Origin: an uncultured archaeon
GTDB taxonomy: Archaea; Asgardarchaeota; Lokiarchaeia; Sigyniarchaeales; SOKP01
Assembly (NCBI GenBank): GCA_964486045.1
Contig: CAZALK010000001.1
Coordinates: 1 to 64,000 of the forward strand
DNA: 64,000 bases
Reading direction: 5' to 3'
Below the pieces are notes generated by a model, which worked only from the letters and a program-made list of their open reading frames with translations, was not told the origin of the DNA and did not search any database. A program made the position numbers and the translations under genes. Shown here in pieces: positions 31,732 through 43,710 of this stretch (position 1 is its first letter; every line of letters starts with the position of its first letter).

Positions 31732-32196
31732 TTAAAAATAATCATCTTCTTGACACCGATAAAATGGGTCTGCGTGCGGGTCTTCCGATATATCCTTATA
31801 GATGCTTTCATAAAAAGTCGATTCGTAGCATTTCAGACAAAACCACTTCTTGTAATAAGGAATCCATACCATATCGAGGTCAGTAGGGCGGTCTTTAGGG
31901 TTAAATCCGTGCTTTACCGCCTCTTCAAGGGAATCACATTGTGTTCCCGATGAACACTGGATGATGGATTTCTGAAGAGTAAACATTAAATTTTCACTTT
32001 CCCTTGAGTATTTAGTAAATTCTCTATCTTCTTCTTCCGTCATTGGTCCTCCTCCTAAATAGCTTCTTGCTATTTTATTTTGTCTCCTAAATTCATCTTT
32101 TACAGCTAATTTTATGATGTCCCTTAAATTCTTCCGTATCCGCCTTAATTTTGGGTCTTTTAGCTTAATAATCCGAACTTTTTTTGATTTCATCAT
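31732..32196 (-). CDS. Hypothetical protein with putative Zn-binding motif (island cargo)
   Basis: C-x5-C ... WFCLKCY; basic N-terminus. Confidence 0.7.
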   Translation of the reverse strand: MMKSKKVRIIKLKDPKLRRIRKNLRDIIKLAVKDEFRRQNKIARSYLGGGPMTEEEDREFTKYSRESENLMFTLQKSIIQCSSGTQCDSLEEAVKHGFNPKDRPTDLDMVWIPYYKKWFCLKCYESTFYESIYKDISEDPHADPFYRCQEDDYF

Positions 32197-32259
32197 GATC
32201 TACTACGAATGTGGTTATTTAAATTTAATTAGAGATAAAAAAAATATTAATTTTTTAAA

Positions 32260-32445
32260 TTACGGATATCGATTTTCATCTATATATACATTGAGGAACC
32301 AATCCCAGAATTCAGGTCTTTTACAACTTGGATTTTTACTTAAGAAAGCTCTGAAGTCTTCGATTTCAGGTAGATATCTGTGATTATACCACTCACGGTA
32401 ATACTCATTGAGGAAAAGATCTTCACCTAAAAATTGAGCCCCTTG
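32260..32445 (-). pseudogene. 5'-truncated ORF fragment abutting the right direct repeat
   Basis: 61 open codons QGAQFLGEDLF...FWDWFLNVYIDENRYP*, no start codon; frame closes by TGA just inside the repeat. Confidence 0.55.
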
Positions 32446-32518
32446 AACTGGTCAAAATGTTGAAGAAGCATTCATTAAACTAACAAAACGAATTTTAGAT
32501 ATTATTTCAAATCAATAG
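32446..32518 (+). repeat. Displaced second copy of the GTPase 3' end (att-like)
   Basis: Translates TGQNVEEAFIKLTKRILDIISNQ*, versus ...ILDNISNLS* in the gene. Confidence 0.9.
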
Positions 32519-32728
32519 TAAATTGATTAGAAGTTTTAATCCTTTTCTTCATAATATACAAAAAAATTTTAATTACCCTTTAAATTAGGGGATTTTAGCA
32601 TAAGTCTTTTATAAATCTACCACCTTTATAAAGGAAGATTTATTTAAATACAAATAACAAAGGAACCATGCAAAAAAGAACATTTTAGGTTTCTGAATTT
32701 TCAAATCACAAATCACGTTAAAATTATT

Positions 32729-33394
32729 ATGTCAAAAGAAAAAGATTTAAAAGATGAAATGGAAAACGAGGATGTAGAACTAGAAGGTGAAAATGTCTCT
32801 GAAACAGACTTAGATTACAAAATAGAAAACGTAGTGGCTACTGTTGTCGTAGAAATAACTGAAAAAATCGATCTTAATCAAATAGCAAGACGCCATGCTG
32901 ATGTTGAATATAACCCAGAAAGGTTTCCTGGCTTAGTAATGCGAATAGAAAAGCCTCGAGCAACTATCTTGATTTTTTCAACTGGAAAAATGGTAGTTAC
33001 AGGATTAAGAAAAGCAACAGAAGCTAATAGAGTTGTTGATAAAGTTGTAAAGAATATCAGAAAAGCAGGAATAAAAGTATCAAATCCCGAAATTACTATT
33101 CAGAATATCGTCGCATCTGGAGATTTACACACCAATATTGATTTAAACATGGCGGCCATCGTGATGGAGTATGCGATGTATGAACCAGAGGTTTTCCCCG
33201 GACTTATATATAGAATGCAAGAACCTAAGACCGTATTTTTAATATTTAGCACAGGACGTATAGTCTGTACGGGAGCTAAAAAAAAAGAAATCGTAAGGGA
33301 AGCAGTTTTAAAGTTAAATCAGCAAGTTAGAGAACTAGGAGTAGCAAAAAAAGACATCGCAGATTCTGAGTATCAAGATATAACTTTCGTTTAA
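32729..33394 (+). CDS. tbp: TATA-box-binding protein
   Basis: Two TBP repeats (NVVA/NIVA, YNPERFPGL/YEPEVFPGL, IFSTG). Confidence 0.98.
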   Translation: MSKEKDLKDEMENEDVELEGENVSETDLDYKIENVVATVVVEITEKIDLNQIARRHADVEYNPERFPGLVMRIEKPRATILIFSTGKMVVTGLRKATEANRVVDKVVKNIRKAGIKVSNPEITIQNIVASGDLHTNIDLNMAAIVMEYAMYEPEVFPGLIYRMQEPKTVFLIFSTGRIVCTGAKKKEIVREAVLKLNQQVRELGVAKKDIADSEYQDITFV

Positions 33395-33498
33395 TTTTTT
33401 TTAATTTTATTACGGTACTCCTTATAGCTGAATAGAAAGTATTGTTTGTTGAATTTTCTTCCCAATAAGAAATATTTGGGGTAGTAAAAAGTTAAAAA

Positions 33499-33837
33499 CT
33501 AGATTCTAATCTTACTGTTAATAGCAGTAATTGAATTAAGATACTCATTATATAGTGCGTTTAGCAATTTGAACTCTTTAGCTTTATTAAACGCTAGTAA
33601 AAATAATTTATTTAATGTTTTTTGATTATTAGTCTCATATACATTATCGTCAAGCTCTAGCTGGTCACTGTGTTGATCAAGGAAATTGCAGAGAATATAT
33701 CTATTTTCAATTCTCATATTAACTTTATTCAATGCCCCATACATCCGTAATATTAAGGGACTTTGAAATTTTATCTTGTTTTGATGTAAGGTTTGGAATT
33801 CCTTAAAAAACGTTTTTCTCTTTAAATATGCCGACAT
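33499..33837 (-). CDS. Hypothetical protein
   Basis: 112-aa ORF, no motif recognised. Confidence 0.6.
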   Translation of the reverse strand: MSAYLKRKTFFKEFQTLHQNKIKFQSPLILRMYGALNKVNMRIENRYILCNFLDQHSDQLELDDNVYETNNQKTLNKLFLLAFNKAKEFKLLNALYNEYLNSITAINSKIRI

Positions 33838-33925
33838 AAATAATTAATTTGTAACATCATTATAGAAAAGAAGTATTATTTAGATAATATAAAAAAGTTA
33901 GAATTAAAGGTTTTAATAAGTAAAT

Positions 33926-34573
33926 TTAAAACTGTATATAATAGACATCCTGATTCGAGCTATATCCAACAATTTTATTTTTAACTAATGTTTTAAGTAC
34001 AGTGTTTAACCATTTTTTACTGGTATTGACTTTACTTTTAATTTCATCAAAACTAAGTGCGTCATTTATGGCTAACAAAAATAATATCTTGCTTTTTACT
34101 GGTAAATGATTCGATTTTGCTATTGCTCCAAATTTTACTTCATAATCATATTCTTTCGTTCTTAATTGGGCAACTTCATTACTAAGTTTTGACATAACTG
34201 CTTCTGTAGTTCGATAAGCATCTAAACTACTATTAAACAAAGTCTCTAACCTACTTTTTAATTTTTCTTCATTCATATCTTTGTCTAATTCTTTGTTGAA
34301 TTCCTCAAGAAGTGATGAATTGGGGGGTATGAAATCGTTCCCCATGTCATATCTACCTAACGCTAAAACAAGAATCATCTCTTTATTATCATTATAATAC
34401 GAAACAGAGTTCCATTCCTTCTCTTCAGAAATAATGTATGATTCAGTAAAATTATGGGAGATAGTTATCTGTTGCACAATTGGATCCGGAATTTCTAAGG
34501 TTTCTGGGAATCTCATGTAAATAGTTCCACCAATTACCTCATCCCACTTGATTAAAAAGATACCCGTTGGCAT
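33926..34573 (-). CDS. uDENN/longin-like N-terminal domain plus coiled coil plus winged HTH
   Basis: 'GIFLIKWDEVIGGTIYMRFPE' N-terminus; C-terminal 'LSFDEIKSKVNTSKKWLNTVLKTLVKNKIVGY'. Confidence 0.6.
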   Translation of the reverse strand: MPTGIFLIKWDEVIGGTIYMRFPETLEIPDPIVQQITISHNFTESYIISEEKEWNSVSYYNDNKEMILVLALGRYDMGNDFIPPNSSLLEEFNKELDKDMNEEKLKSRLETLFNSSLDAYRTTEAVMSKLSNEVAQLRTKEYDYEVKFGAIAKSNHLPVKSKILFLLAINDALSFDEIKSKVNTSKKWLNTVLKTLVKNKIVGYSSNQDVYYIQF

Positions 34574-34777
34574 TATTTTTATATTCTTGTTATTATCGGA
34601 TTGGGTACTGTACCAGAAAAAATGACCTTATTAATAAAATAATATCGTTGACCAATAAAAATTTAGTTGTTCTTAGCTTAAGTAATCCATTATAATCATG
34701 TTTTATTATTTCTAAATTTGAACCGTTATAATTAAAATCCGATCAATATGAATAACAAAAAAAATAAATAAAACAAG

Positions 34778-35077
34778 ATGGATCTATCACTTAGTGAGAA
34801 ATATTTGAGTGTCTTTTACGTTTATATTTTCGAAAAAACCTCGAAGAATGGAGAAAAGAGATATTATACAGGATATACCAATAATCTCTATAGAAGAAGG
34901 AAAGAACATCGAAGTGGGAAGGGTGCAAAATTCTTTCTAGGAAAAAAATACCTTGATTTGAAATATTTTGAGACATACACAACGAGAAAGGAAGCAATTA
35001 ATCGAGAATTAGAAATTAAAACTTTTTCAAGAAAACAAAAAAGAGAGTTAATAAAAAGTTCTATATTTAATGATTAA
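34778..35077 (+). CDS. GIY-YIG nuclease (UPF0213-like)
   Basis: YVYI...YYTGYTNNLYRR..EH, 'AINRELEIK'. Confidence 0.88.
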   Translation: MDLSLSEKYLSVFYVYIFEKTSKNGEKRYYTGYTNNLYRRRKEHRSGKGAKFFLGKKYLDLKYFETYTTRKEAINRELEIKTFSRKQKRELIKSSIFND

Positions 35078-35089
35078 CTGAGATTAACG

Positions 35090-35902
35090 TTGGGAAACAA
35101 AAACTTTTTAATTTGTTTAACAGGACTACCAGCATCAGGAAAAACTACTTTTGCTAATAGGCTTAAACTTATATTACAAAATAGATTCGTAAATATTACT
35201 ACTATAATTGTAGATCCAGATGTAATCCGCCAAACAATAGCACCGAATAAATTTAATTATAAACTTGAACCTGTTGTTAGAAAACAAAATTTAACAGAAG
35301 TAGAAAAGGAATTAACAAAAGGTAATGTGGTTATTAGCGATGATTTGAATTATTATTCAAGTATGAGACACGATTTAAAGAACATTGCTGATGATCTTAA
35401 CGTTACTTTTTACATTATTCATATTTCTACTCCTTTAAAAACTTGTTTGGGTTGGAATAAAAAGAGAAGAACACCTATTCCAAGAAAAATTATTGAAAGG
35501 ATTCATAAGAAATTCGATGATTTTGGAAAATACAAGTGGGATTATCCGATTGGGAAATTTGATATCTCTCAAATTAAAGATCTAGATAAAGAAATGGAAT
35601 ATTTAGTGAATGAATTGACAAAAGAAGTAAGTGTATCAAAAGTGATATTTGAAGAAAAAAAAGATTTAAGATATTCACAAAATTGGGATAATCAAAACTT
35701 AGACAAAATAACGAGAATTTATGTGGGAAAACTTTTAGGAAACCCTAAGCTTACTCCGTTGAAAAAAAAAATTATAAAAACAAGGAAGCTATTTGTAAAA
35801 GTTTATAAAAACAAAGCTCAAAAGGAACTTGAAATTGCCACGTCTTTCAAAGACTATCTAGAAAAGAGCCTAAACATTAAAATCTCTGATGAGTTCCTGT
35901 AA
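35090..35902 (+). CDS. pstK: L-seryl-tRNA(Sec) kinase (PSTK/KTI12 family)
   Basis: GLPASGKT, DDLNYYSSMRHDL, KFDDFGKYKWDYP. Confidence 0.8.
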   Translation: MGNKNFLICLTGLPASGKTTFANRLKLILQNRFVNITTIIVDPDVIRQTIAPNKFNYKLEPVVRKQNLTEVEKELTKGNVVISDDLNYYSSMRHDLKNIADDLNVTFYIIHISTPLKTCLGWNKKRRTPIPRKIIERIHKKFDDFGKYKWDYPIGKFDISQIKDLDKEMEYLVNELTKEVSVSKVIFEEKKDLRYSQNWDNQNLDKITRIYVGKLLGNPKLTPLKKKIIKTRKLFVKVYKNKAQKELEIATSFKDYLEKSLNIKISDEFL

Positions 35903-35976
35903 AAATATATTATAAAAATTAAAGCAAAAGAAAATAAAGCATAATTAATTTAAATAGTAGTGTTTAGATATTTTAA

Positions 35977-38277
<2,301 letters not shown>

Positions 38278-38366
38278 TTAAGAATTAAGTTAACTCTTTA
38301 CGTTTCTATTTTTTTGATTATCCAAACTCTATTATTCAGTTTTAATATTCATTAGAAGTATTATTT

Positions 38367-38879
38367 TTATAAATTACAATAACTCATTTTTGTTTCGTCA
38401 TTGAATTCAAATGCTGAACTATTTTTATCAATAATAAATCCAAATTTTTTAAATGGTAAAAAAGATATGTTTTCAAAAGGTTTATTCCCTGAAGGTTTTA
38501 AAGAAATCCCAACTTCTATGCGATTATAACCGTTATCATTACAAAAATCTATTAGTTGTTTTATCATTAATGTAGCAATGCCTTTATTTCGATAGTCCTT
38601 TAGAATAAGAAGACACCCAATTATTATTGTTGTTTCAAATCTCTCATTTGATTTACAAGTTGGAATACATATTTTTTTGGCGTATTTTTTCGGTAAAAAT
38701 ACTAATTGTCCGATTAAAATGTTTCCTTCATATGCAAGAAATCCAATTTCACGGACTTCATCATAAATATCTAACCACATATTGCATTTAAAAACTCTAT
38801 TTTTAACATCAAACATGCAGCACGCTACTGGTTTTTCTAATCCCTCCGCAATTTGGTTTCTAGAAATTATCTCAATCAT
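38367..38879 (-). CDS. GNAT acetyltransferase
   Basis: YRNKGIAT acetyl-CoA-binding motif. Confidence 0.85.
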   Translation of the reverse strand: MIEIISRNQIAEGLEKPVACCMFDVKNRVFKCNMWLDIYDEVREIGFLAYEGNILIGQLVFLPKKYAKKICIPTCKSNERFETTIIIGCLLILKDYRNKGIATLMIKQLIDFCNDNGYNRIEVGISLKPSGNKPFENISFLPFKKFGFIIDKNSSAFEFNDETKMSYCNL

Positions 38880-38880
38880 T

Positions 38881-39204
38881 TTAGCACGTTTTTAATTCCG
38901 ATAATATTTGTTTTTCAATATTTTCAATATGCTTTGGCCAACTATTAAGGGGTATCCTTTCTCCATTAACAAATACATTACTATATACGCTACATGCCCT
39001 TTTGTAGCTTCTCCATTCTTTTATAAGAATTGCAATATACTCTGGCAAATTATCAGTATCATCATCAATTTCCCACAAATTATATGTATCAAGAGATAGG
39101 TTATACTTATTACATACATCACTTAGGATCCTAAAATCTCTATCACATAAACAAAAGGGATTTATCAATAATTCAATCTTTATTTCGTTTCTTTTAATAC
39201 TCAA
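38881..39204 (-). CDS. Small thioredoxin-like/YoaP-like protein paired with the GNAT
   Basis: NPFCLC at the N-terminus, 'VFVNGERI'. Confidence 0.5.
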   Translation of the reverse strand: MSIKRNEIKIELLINPFCLCDRDFRILSDVCNKYNLSLDTYNLWEIDDDTDNLPEYIAILIKEWRSYKRACSVYSNVFVNGERIPLNSWPKHIENIEKQILSELKTC

Positions 39205-39245
39205 CTCAACTTTACTTTACTTTGATTTTTTTTTTTGTATTAATC

Positions 39246-39583
39246 CTATTTTGGGAGTAGAAATTCGGATATCTCTTTTCCAATCAAAGTTATTGCTTTC
39301 TTACTAGTGACTGAAGCTGCTATTTCGAATTTATATCCATCTATTGCATCAGCATATAATGTCAAACGTCTTGCAAAATAGTTGATTCCTTCTTCAAAGT
39401 TATCTTCTTCTACTTCGAATATGCCTGCACCTTTTAATCCATATTTAGTTGCCCAAGTTTCCCAGGGTGTTACTGGTTTTATTATTGGGGGGAAAGGAAA
39501 CACTTTCTCAACCTCTAGAAATCTTTACCAACTTCATCACTTTTCTCGACAGGATACCATACATTTATAAAAATTTTTATCAT
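39246..39583 (-). pseudogene. Frameshifted small hypothetical protein
   Basis: ATG 39583 gives MIKIFINVWYPVEKSDEVGK then TAG; adding one A near 39523 joins it to FLEVEKVFPFPP... (ORF 39246-39503). Confidence 0.6.
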
Positions 39584-39626
39584 TTTACAAACCTATTTTT
39601 TACTTAGGGATTTTTTAATATTTAAC

Positions 39627-40778
39627 TTATATATTTTTAACGAATTTCTCAATTCGATCCATAGCTTCCTCAAGTTTCCTCAATTCAGTAGCATAGGAGA
39701 TTCTAATCATGTCATCTGAAAAGGATCCAAAAATTGAACCAGGCACAATGGCTACAGCATATTCCTTCATAATATTCTGTGAAAATTTTGTACCATTTAT
39801 ATTAAACTTCTTGGTTGATGGCATGATATAAAAAGCCCCAAGAGGCTTAACAACATCAAATCCAATTTCTCGTAATCTATTATAAACGAATAAACGTCGC
39901 GTATTAAAGCTTTCCCATATCTTATTGAAAAATTCTATATCCATTTTCAAAGCTTCAATGAATCCATACTGAGCAGCGTGATTCGTTCCTGCGACAGTAT
40001 ATTGGTGATATTTTTCCATTAATTCAATAATTTGTTTTGAGGCAACAACATAACCTAATCGAAATCCTGTGGCGGAGAATAGTTTCGACATTGCATTAAC
40101 AGTTATTGTTCGTTCAAACATTCCATTTAGGGAAGCTGGACTTGTATGCCTTAATCCTTCAAATATATAGTTTTCATAAACTTCATCAGTAATTAAGTAT
40201 AAATCGTGTTCGTTTACGATATCTACGATTTCCTTTAATTCCTTCATTTTTAAGGCATAACCGGTAGGATTATTAGGGGAATTTATAAGTATTGCTTTTG
40301 TTTTATCTGTTATTGAGTTCTTTATCACTTCGATATTAGGTGAAAAATCTTCCATCCTTTTTACTTCAATAACTCTTACACCAAAAAAAAGTCCACAGTA
40401 AAAATAAGACACAAAATTGGGAGAAGAAATGATAATTTCATCTCCAGGATTAAATATTGAAGCGTAAGCCAGGGTGATTGCCTGACTACCCCCATTTGTG
40501 AGCATAATATTTTCATCCCATTTAGCTTGAATATTATTTGATTTTCTAAGTTTATTTTCTATTAGTTTTAATAATTCGGGCACCCCTCTTGTAGGGGCAT
40601 ATTTTGTAATCTTTTTATTCAAAGCTTTGATATTCCCTTGTATAATTATGTCAGGAGTTTGAAAATCTGGTTGCCCAATCCCTAAACTAATAACATCTGA
40701 GCGTCCTGAGGCTAGATCAAATAGCTCTCTAATACCGGATTTTGGGACTTTAGAAATTGTATGAGAAATATCTTTCAT
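39627..40778 (-). CDS. PLP-dependent aminotransferase class I/II
   Basis: NSPNNPTG, DEVY, SKLFSATGFRLG. Confidence 0.93.
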   Translation of the reverse strand: MKDISHTISKVPKSGIRELFDLASGRSDVISLGIGQPDFQTPDIIIQGNIKALNKKITKYAPTRGVPELLKLIENKLRKSNNIQAKWDENIMLTNGGSQAITLAYASIFNPGDEIIISSPNFVSYFYCGLFFGVRVIEVKRMEDFSPNIEVIKNSITDKTKAILINSPNNPTGYALKMKELKEIVDIVNEHDLYLITDEVYENYIFEGLRHTSPASLNGMFERTITVNAMSKLFSATGFRLGYVVASKQIIELMEKYHQYTVAGTNHAAQYGFIEALKMDIEFFNKIWESFNTRRLFVYNRLREIGFDVVKPLGAFYIMPSTKKFNINGTKFSQNIMKEYAVAIVPGSIFGSFSDDMIRISYATELRKLEEAMDRIEKFVKNI

Positions 40779-40863
40779 ATCACTATCTCTTTAAAGGAAT
40801 TTCTGAATAAGTTACGATCGAAATAAGATACAAAAAAGAGTTTTTTCAAAGTATTAAAATTTG

Positions 40864-41430
40864 TTAAAGATTCACACCATGATTTCTTAAGATTTGTCGC
40901 ACTAGAAGCAGAAAAGCTTCTTCTATGTTTTCTCCCAATTTTGCACTAGTTTCAATAAAATGACTAGCTTGAATATCATCAGCTAAATCTTTTCCTTTTT
41001 CAGTAGGAACTACCCGTTGATCACTTAAATCAGTTTTGTTTCCTATCAGGATATATACACCTTCTTTTCTAATGTATTTTTTGAAATCTCTCAACCATTT
41101 AGATTTTATGCTGTCAAAAGTATTATAGCGCGTAACGTCATAAACAAGTAGTGCACCTTCACACCCTTGAAAATACATTGATCGAATGACACTATATTTT
41201 TCTTGTCCTGCTAAATCCCACATAATCAATCTGATTTTCGTATTAACATCTTCTCCATCAATATCAACGTCTTTTCTTATGATATTTGCCCCCAGTGTAG
41301 GCTTGTAGTCGTCTAAAAATTGTCCTTCATAGAACTGATTAATTAAAGAGGTCTTACCAACCGCAGCATTGCCCAGAATAACAATTTTAAATACAAATTC
41401 TCGCAATTCCTTAGCTTCTTCAACTGTCAT
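40864..41430 (-). CDS. Rab-like small GTPase
   Basis: GNAAVGKT, WDLAGQE, GNKTD, ETSAK. Confidence 0.95.
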   Translation of the reverse strand: MTVEEAKELREFVFKIVILGNAAVGKTSLINQFYEGQFLDDYKPTLGANIIRKDVDIDGEDVNTKIRLIMWDLAGQEKYSVIRSMYFQGCEGALLVYDVTRYNTFDSIKSKWLRDFKKYIRKEGVYILIGNKTDLSDQRVVPTEKGKDLADDIQASHFIETSAKLGENIEEAFLLLVRQILRNHGVNL

Positions 41431-41644
41431 TTTGTATTATACAATTTTTCGCTTTAGTATTTAAGGTGTCAATTTTAATAATTTAACTAATTTGTAATTT
41501 GACTTTTATCTTTATAAGATTTTCTTCAATCTGCAATTTTCGATTTAAGAATCTTAATAAATTTTGATTTTTACTCAATTCCAAATTATAAACTGAGATT
41601 TCTTCTATCGATCTAATGCAATTTATATATTGTTGTTTGTCTAT

Positions 41645-42208
41645 TTAATACTTTTTTTCAATTTTCAATTTTAGAATAAAAGTATTATGATCAGGATGAT
41701 CGACATTTTCTTTTTCTCCGTAATGTGAAACCTTAAAATCTGATGGTAATGCTTTTTCTAAAGAATTTACTAAAAATCCTTTGAACATGTCGCATGGAAC
41801 TCCAATCTCAGAACAGAATATGCACTTTTGTATTGAGATCGTAATTAGATCTTTGGAATTCTCTTTAATTTCAACTTTCCAATCTGTGATTATCGTAGAG
41901 TTAATCTCATGAATAATCTCTTCAAAATTTTTCCCATATGGGAACAAATAAAATGAAAATTTCTTCCCAATTTCAAAAAGGAGCATCGAGGAATCAAATA
42001 ATAAACAATTCTGTGCAGAAATGATTTTTTTGAAAGAGAATAAATCTAAAGATTGATCTTGATCTTCTTCTCTAATATTTTTGATATGAAGCATTTCAGC
42101 TTCTCTTAAAATAGATTTCATTCCATCAAAATCAAGAACATCGTGATATGCTTGAAGAAGTGCAGTAATAACCTTAAACTTCACTTCTCCTTTATATTCG
42201 CCAATCAT
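41645..42208 (-). CDS. V4R-like domain protein
   Basis: LFEIGKKF, CIFC....PCDMFKGFL. Confidence 0.7.
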   Translation of the reverse strand: MIGEYKGEVKFKVITALLQAYHDVLDFDGMKSILREAEMLHIKNIREEDQDQSLDLFSFKKIISAQNCLLFDSSMLLFEIGKKFSFYLFPYGKNFEEIIHEINSTIITDWKVEIKENSKDLITISIQKCIFCSEIGVPCDMFKGFLVNSLEKALPSDFKVSHYGEKENVDHPDHNTFILKLKIEKKY

Positions 42209-42342
42209 TTCTTCCTTTTTCTTTTGAAATACTTTGTAGTGATAATTTTTAAAAATATAACTTGCTGTTATTTATCATCAAAAACCTAGTACCGCAATTT
42301 TCAATCCATATGATTTTTTATTCATCAAAGCCCACTCATTAT

Positions 42343-42771
42343 TTATAGGTTTAATAACGGTAAATCGAATTTAAGATCGGTTTTGCGATTCAATTTTTGG
42401 TCGATTTCAAATATAAAAACTTCTCCTGTAATAGAAATTATCGCAGGTTGGAGTAGGTGACCTCCCATAAGTGAAAATTCACTATTCCCGATGGTAATAT
42501 GAAGGTGAATTATTGCCTCATCATTTTTAAATGCGATATTCCCCGTGCATGAAACTAATTCAATGTACTCTTCAAACATCTTACTTTCATAAACTTTAGT
42601 GTCAATATTAAAATACCCAATTGTAAATTTTTTCAGAGCTCCAATACAATTAATAAACCCAGATTGAATCTTATGATTTTTAACCATTGTAATTATAGCT
42701 TCTATTAAATCCTCATTAGGTTCAACTTTCCCCACTATAACACGTCCTATTTTGGCTTCAATACTTCTCAA
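42343..42771 (-). CDS. PPC/DUF296 domain protein
   Basis: ELVSCTGNI, HLH, GGHL. Confidence 0.9.
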   Translation of the reverse strand: MRSIEAKIGRVIVGKVEPNEDLIEAIITMVKNHKIQSGFINCIGALKKFTIGYFNIDTKVYESKMFEEYIELVSCTGNIAFKNDEAIIHLHITIGNSEFSLMGGHLLQPAIISITGEVFIFEIDQKLNRKTDLKFDLPLLNL

Positions 42772-42800
42772 TTTTTTAACCTTTATTTCTTTCTTTTAGA

Positions 42801-43361
42801 TTATTTTATCGGACCATTAATAATATGATTGTTAATTAACACTTGGATGACTAATTTCTTAAAAGCGTTTTCTACATTATCCCCATTTTTAGCACTTGTC
42901 TCAATAAAATCAATCGCACTTATTTTCCCTGCCACTTCTTTTCCCTTTTCTGTCGATACAACTTTCGAGAGTCCTAAATCCTTTTTATTCCCGATAAGAA
43001 CATAAGCTGGATTTTTCTCGGTAAATTCTTTAAAATCCTTCAACCACTTAATTTCGATACTCTTGAGTGTGGATTGTCTAGTTATGTCATATATAAACAA
43101 CGCACCCATACACCCTTGAAAAAACATTCTACGGGATAGATCATATTTGTCTTGTCCGGCAATATCCCACAGAACTAACCGTATGTTAGCATTTACATCA
43201 TCTAAGATTATATCTTTGGTAAGTATATTAACTCCTAAGGTTGGTTGATAATCGGCTTTAAACCGATGCTGGATGTATTGAGTAATAAGGGAAGTCTTAC
43301 CTACAGCTGGATCTCCTAGTAGAGCTAGCTTTAAAACGAAGTTCTGATGTTTTCCTGACAT
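42801..43361 (-). CDS. Rab-like small GTPase
   Basis: GDPAVGKT, WDIAGQD, GNKKD, ETSAK. Confidence 0.95.
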   Translation of the reverse strand: MSGKHQNFVLKLALLGDPAVGKTSLITQYIQHRFKADYQPTLGVNILTKDIILDDVNANIRLVLWDIAGQDKYDLSRRMFFQGCMGALFIYDITRQSTLKSIEIKWLKDFKEFTEKNPAYVLIGNKKDLGLSKVVSTEKGKEVAGKISAIDFIETSAKNGDNVENAFKKLVIQVLINNHIINGPIK

Positions 43362-43559
43362 TTTTAATAAACCTTTAATTTATGTTAATTTTTTAATCCT
43401 TTTTCTTTAGTTCCTAATTAATTGATTATACATGCATGATAGATTCAGATTTTTTATATTTGAGCAAAAATAAAACGGCTATTTTTTAGCAGAAAACAAC
43501 CGTAATGGAAATACCATCACATTTTTAAAATTAATTATCCTTAATTATAATATTAACCT

Positions 43560-43710
43560 GGATGTGGATGTTGTGAATGTGTATACTAATTTCTTAAAAT
43601 CAATACAAAAAATATTTACTGTCTCATCTGCAATTATTATTAATTAAATTAATTTCTTTATGAAGTGAATTTTCACAACATTACTCCGCATCCCGCTTCA
43701 TAAATAAAGA
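43560..43710 (+). promoter_or_regulatory. Structured ileS 5' leader with alternative pairings (candidate attenuator)
   Basis: 11-bp stem 43657-43667/43694-43704; its loop (43672-43693) is complementary to 43560-43577. Confidence 0.65.
43564..43647 (+). CDS. Putative ileS leader peptide (MDVVNVYTNFLKSIQKIFTVSSAIIIN*)
   Basis: GTG starts at 43564/43573/43579; ATT-ATT-ATT at 43633-43641; directly upstream of ileS. Confidence 0.5.
   Translation: MDVVNVYTNFLKSIQKIFTVSSAIIIN

Larger units (their letters stand above)
31522..32513. mobile_element. Small integrated island or remnant bounded by direct repeats of the GTPase 3' end
   Basis: 31522-31572 is identical to 32446-32496 (51 bp), with similarity extending to 31589/32513; the cargo is one ORF plus a truncated ORF. 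Confidence 0.7.

Noticed and set aside
31522-32518. Diversity-generating retroelement TR/VR pair
   Set aside because: Mismatches are not confined to adenines of one copy, and no reverse transcriptase gene is nearby.
34778-35077. GIY-YIG as a homing endonuclease or mobile element marker
   Set aside because: Short stand-alone UPF0213-like form in a housekeeping context, with no intron or repeats around it.
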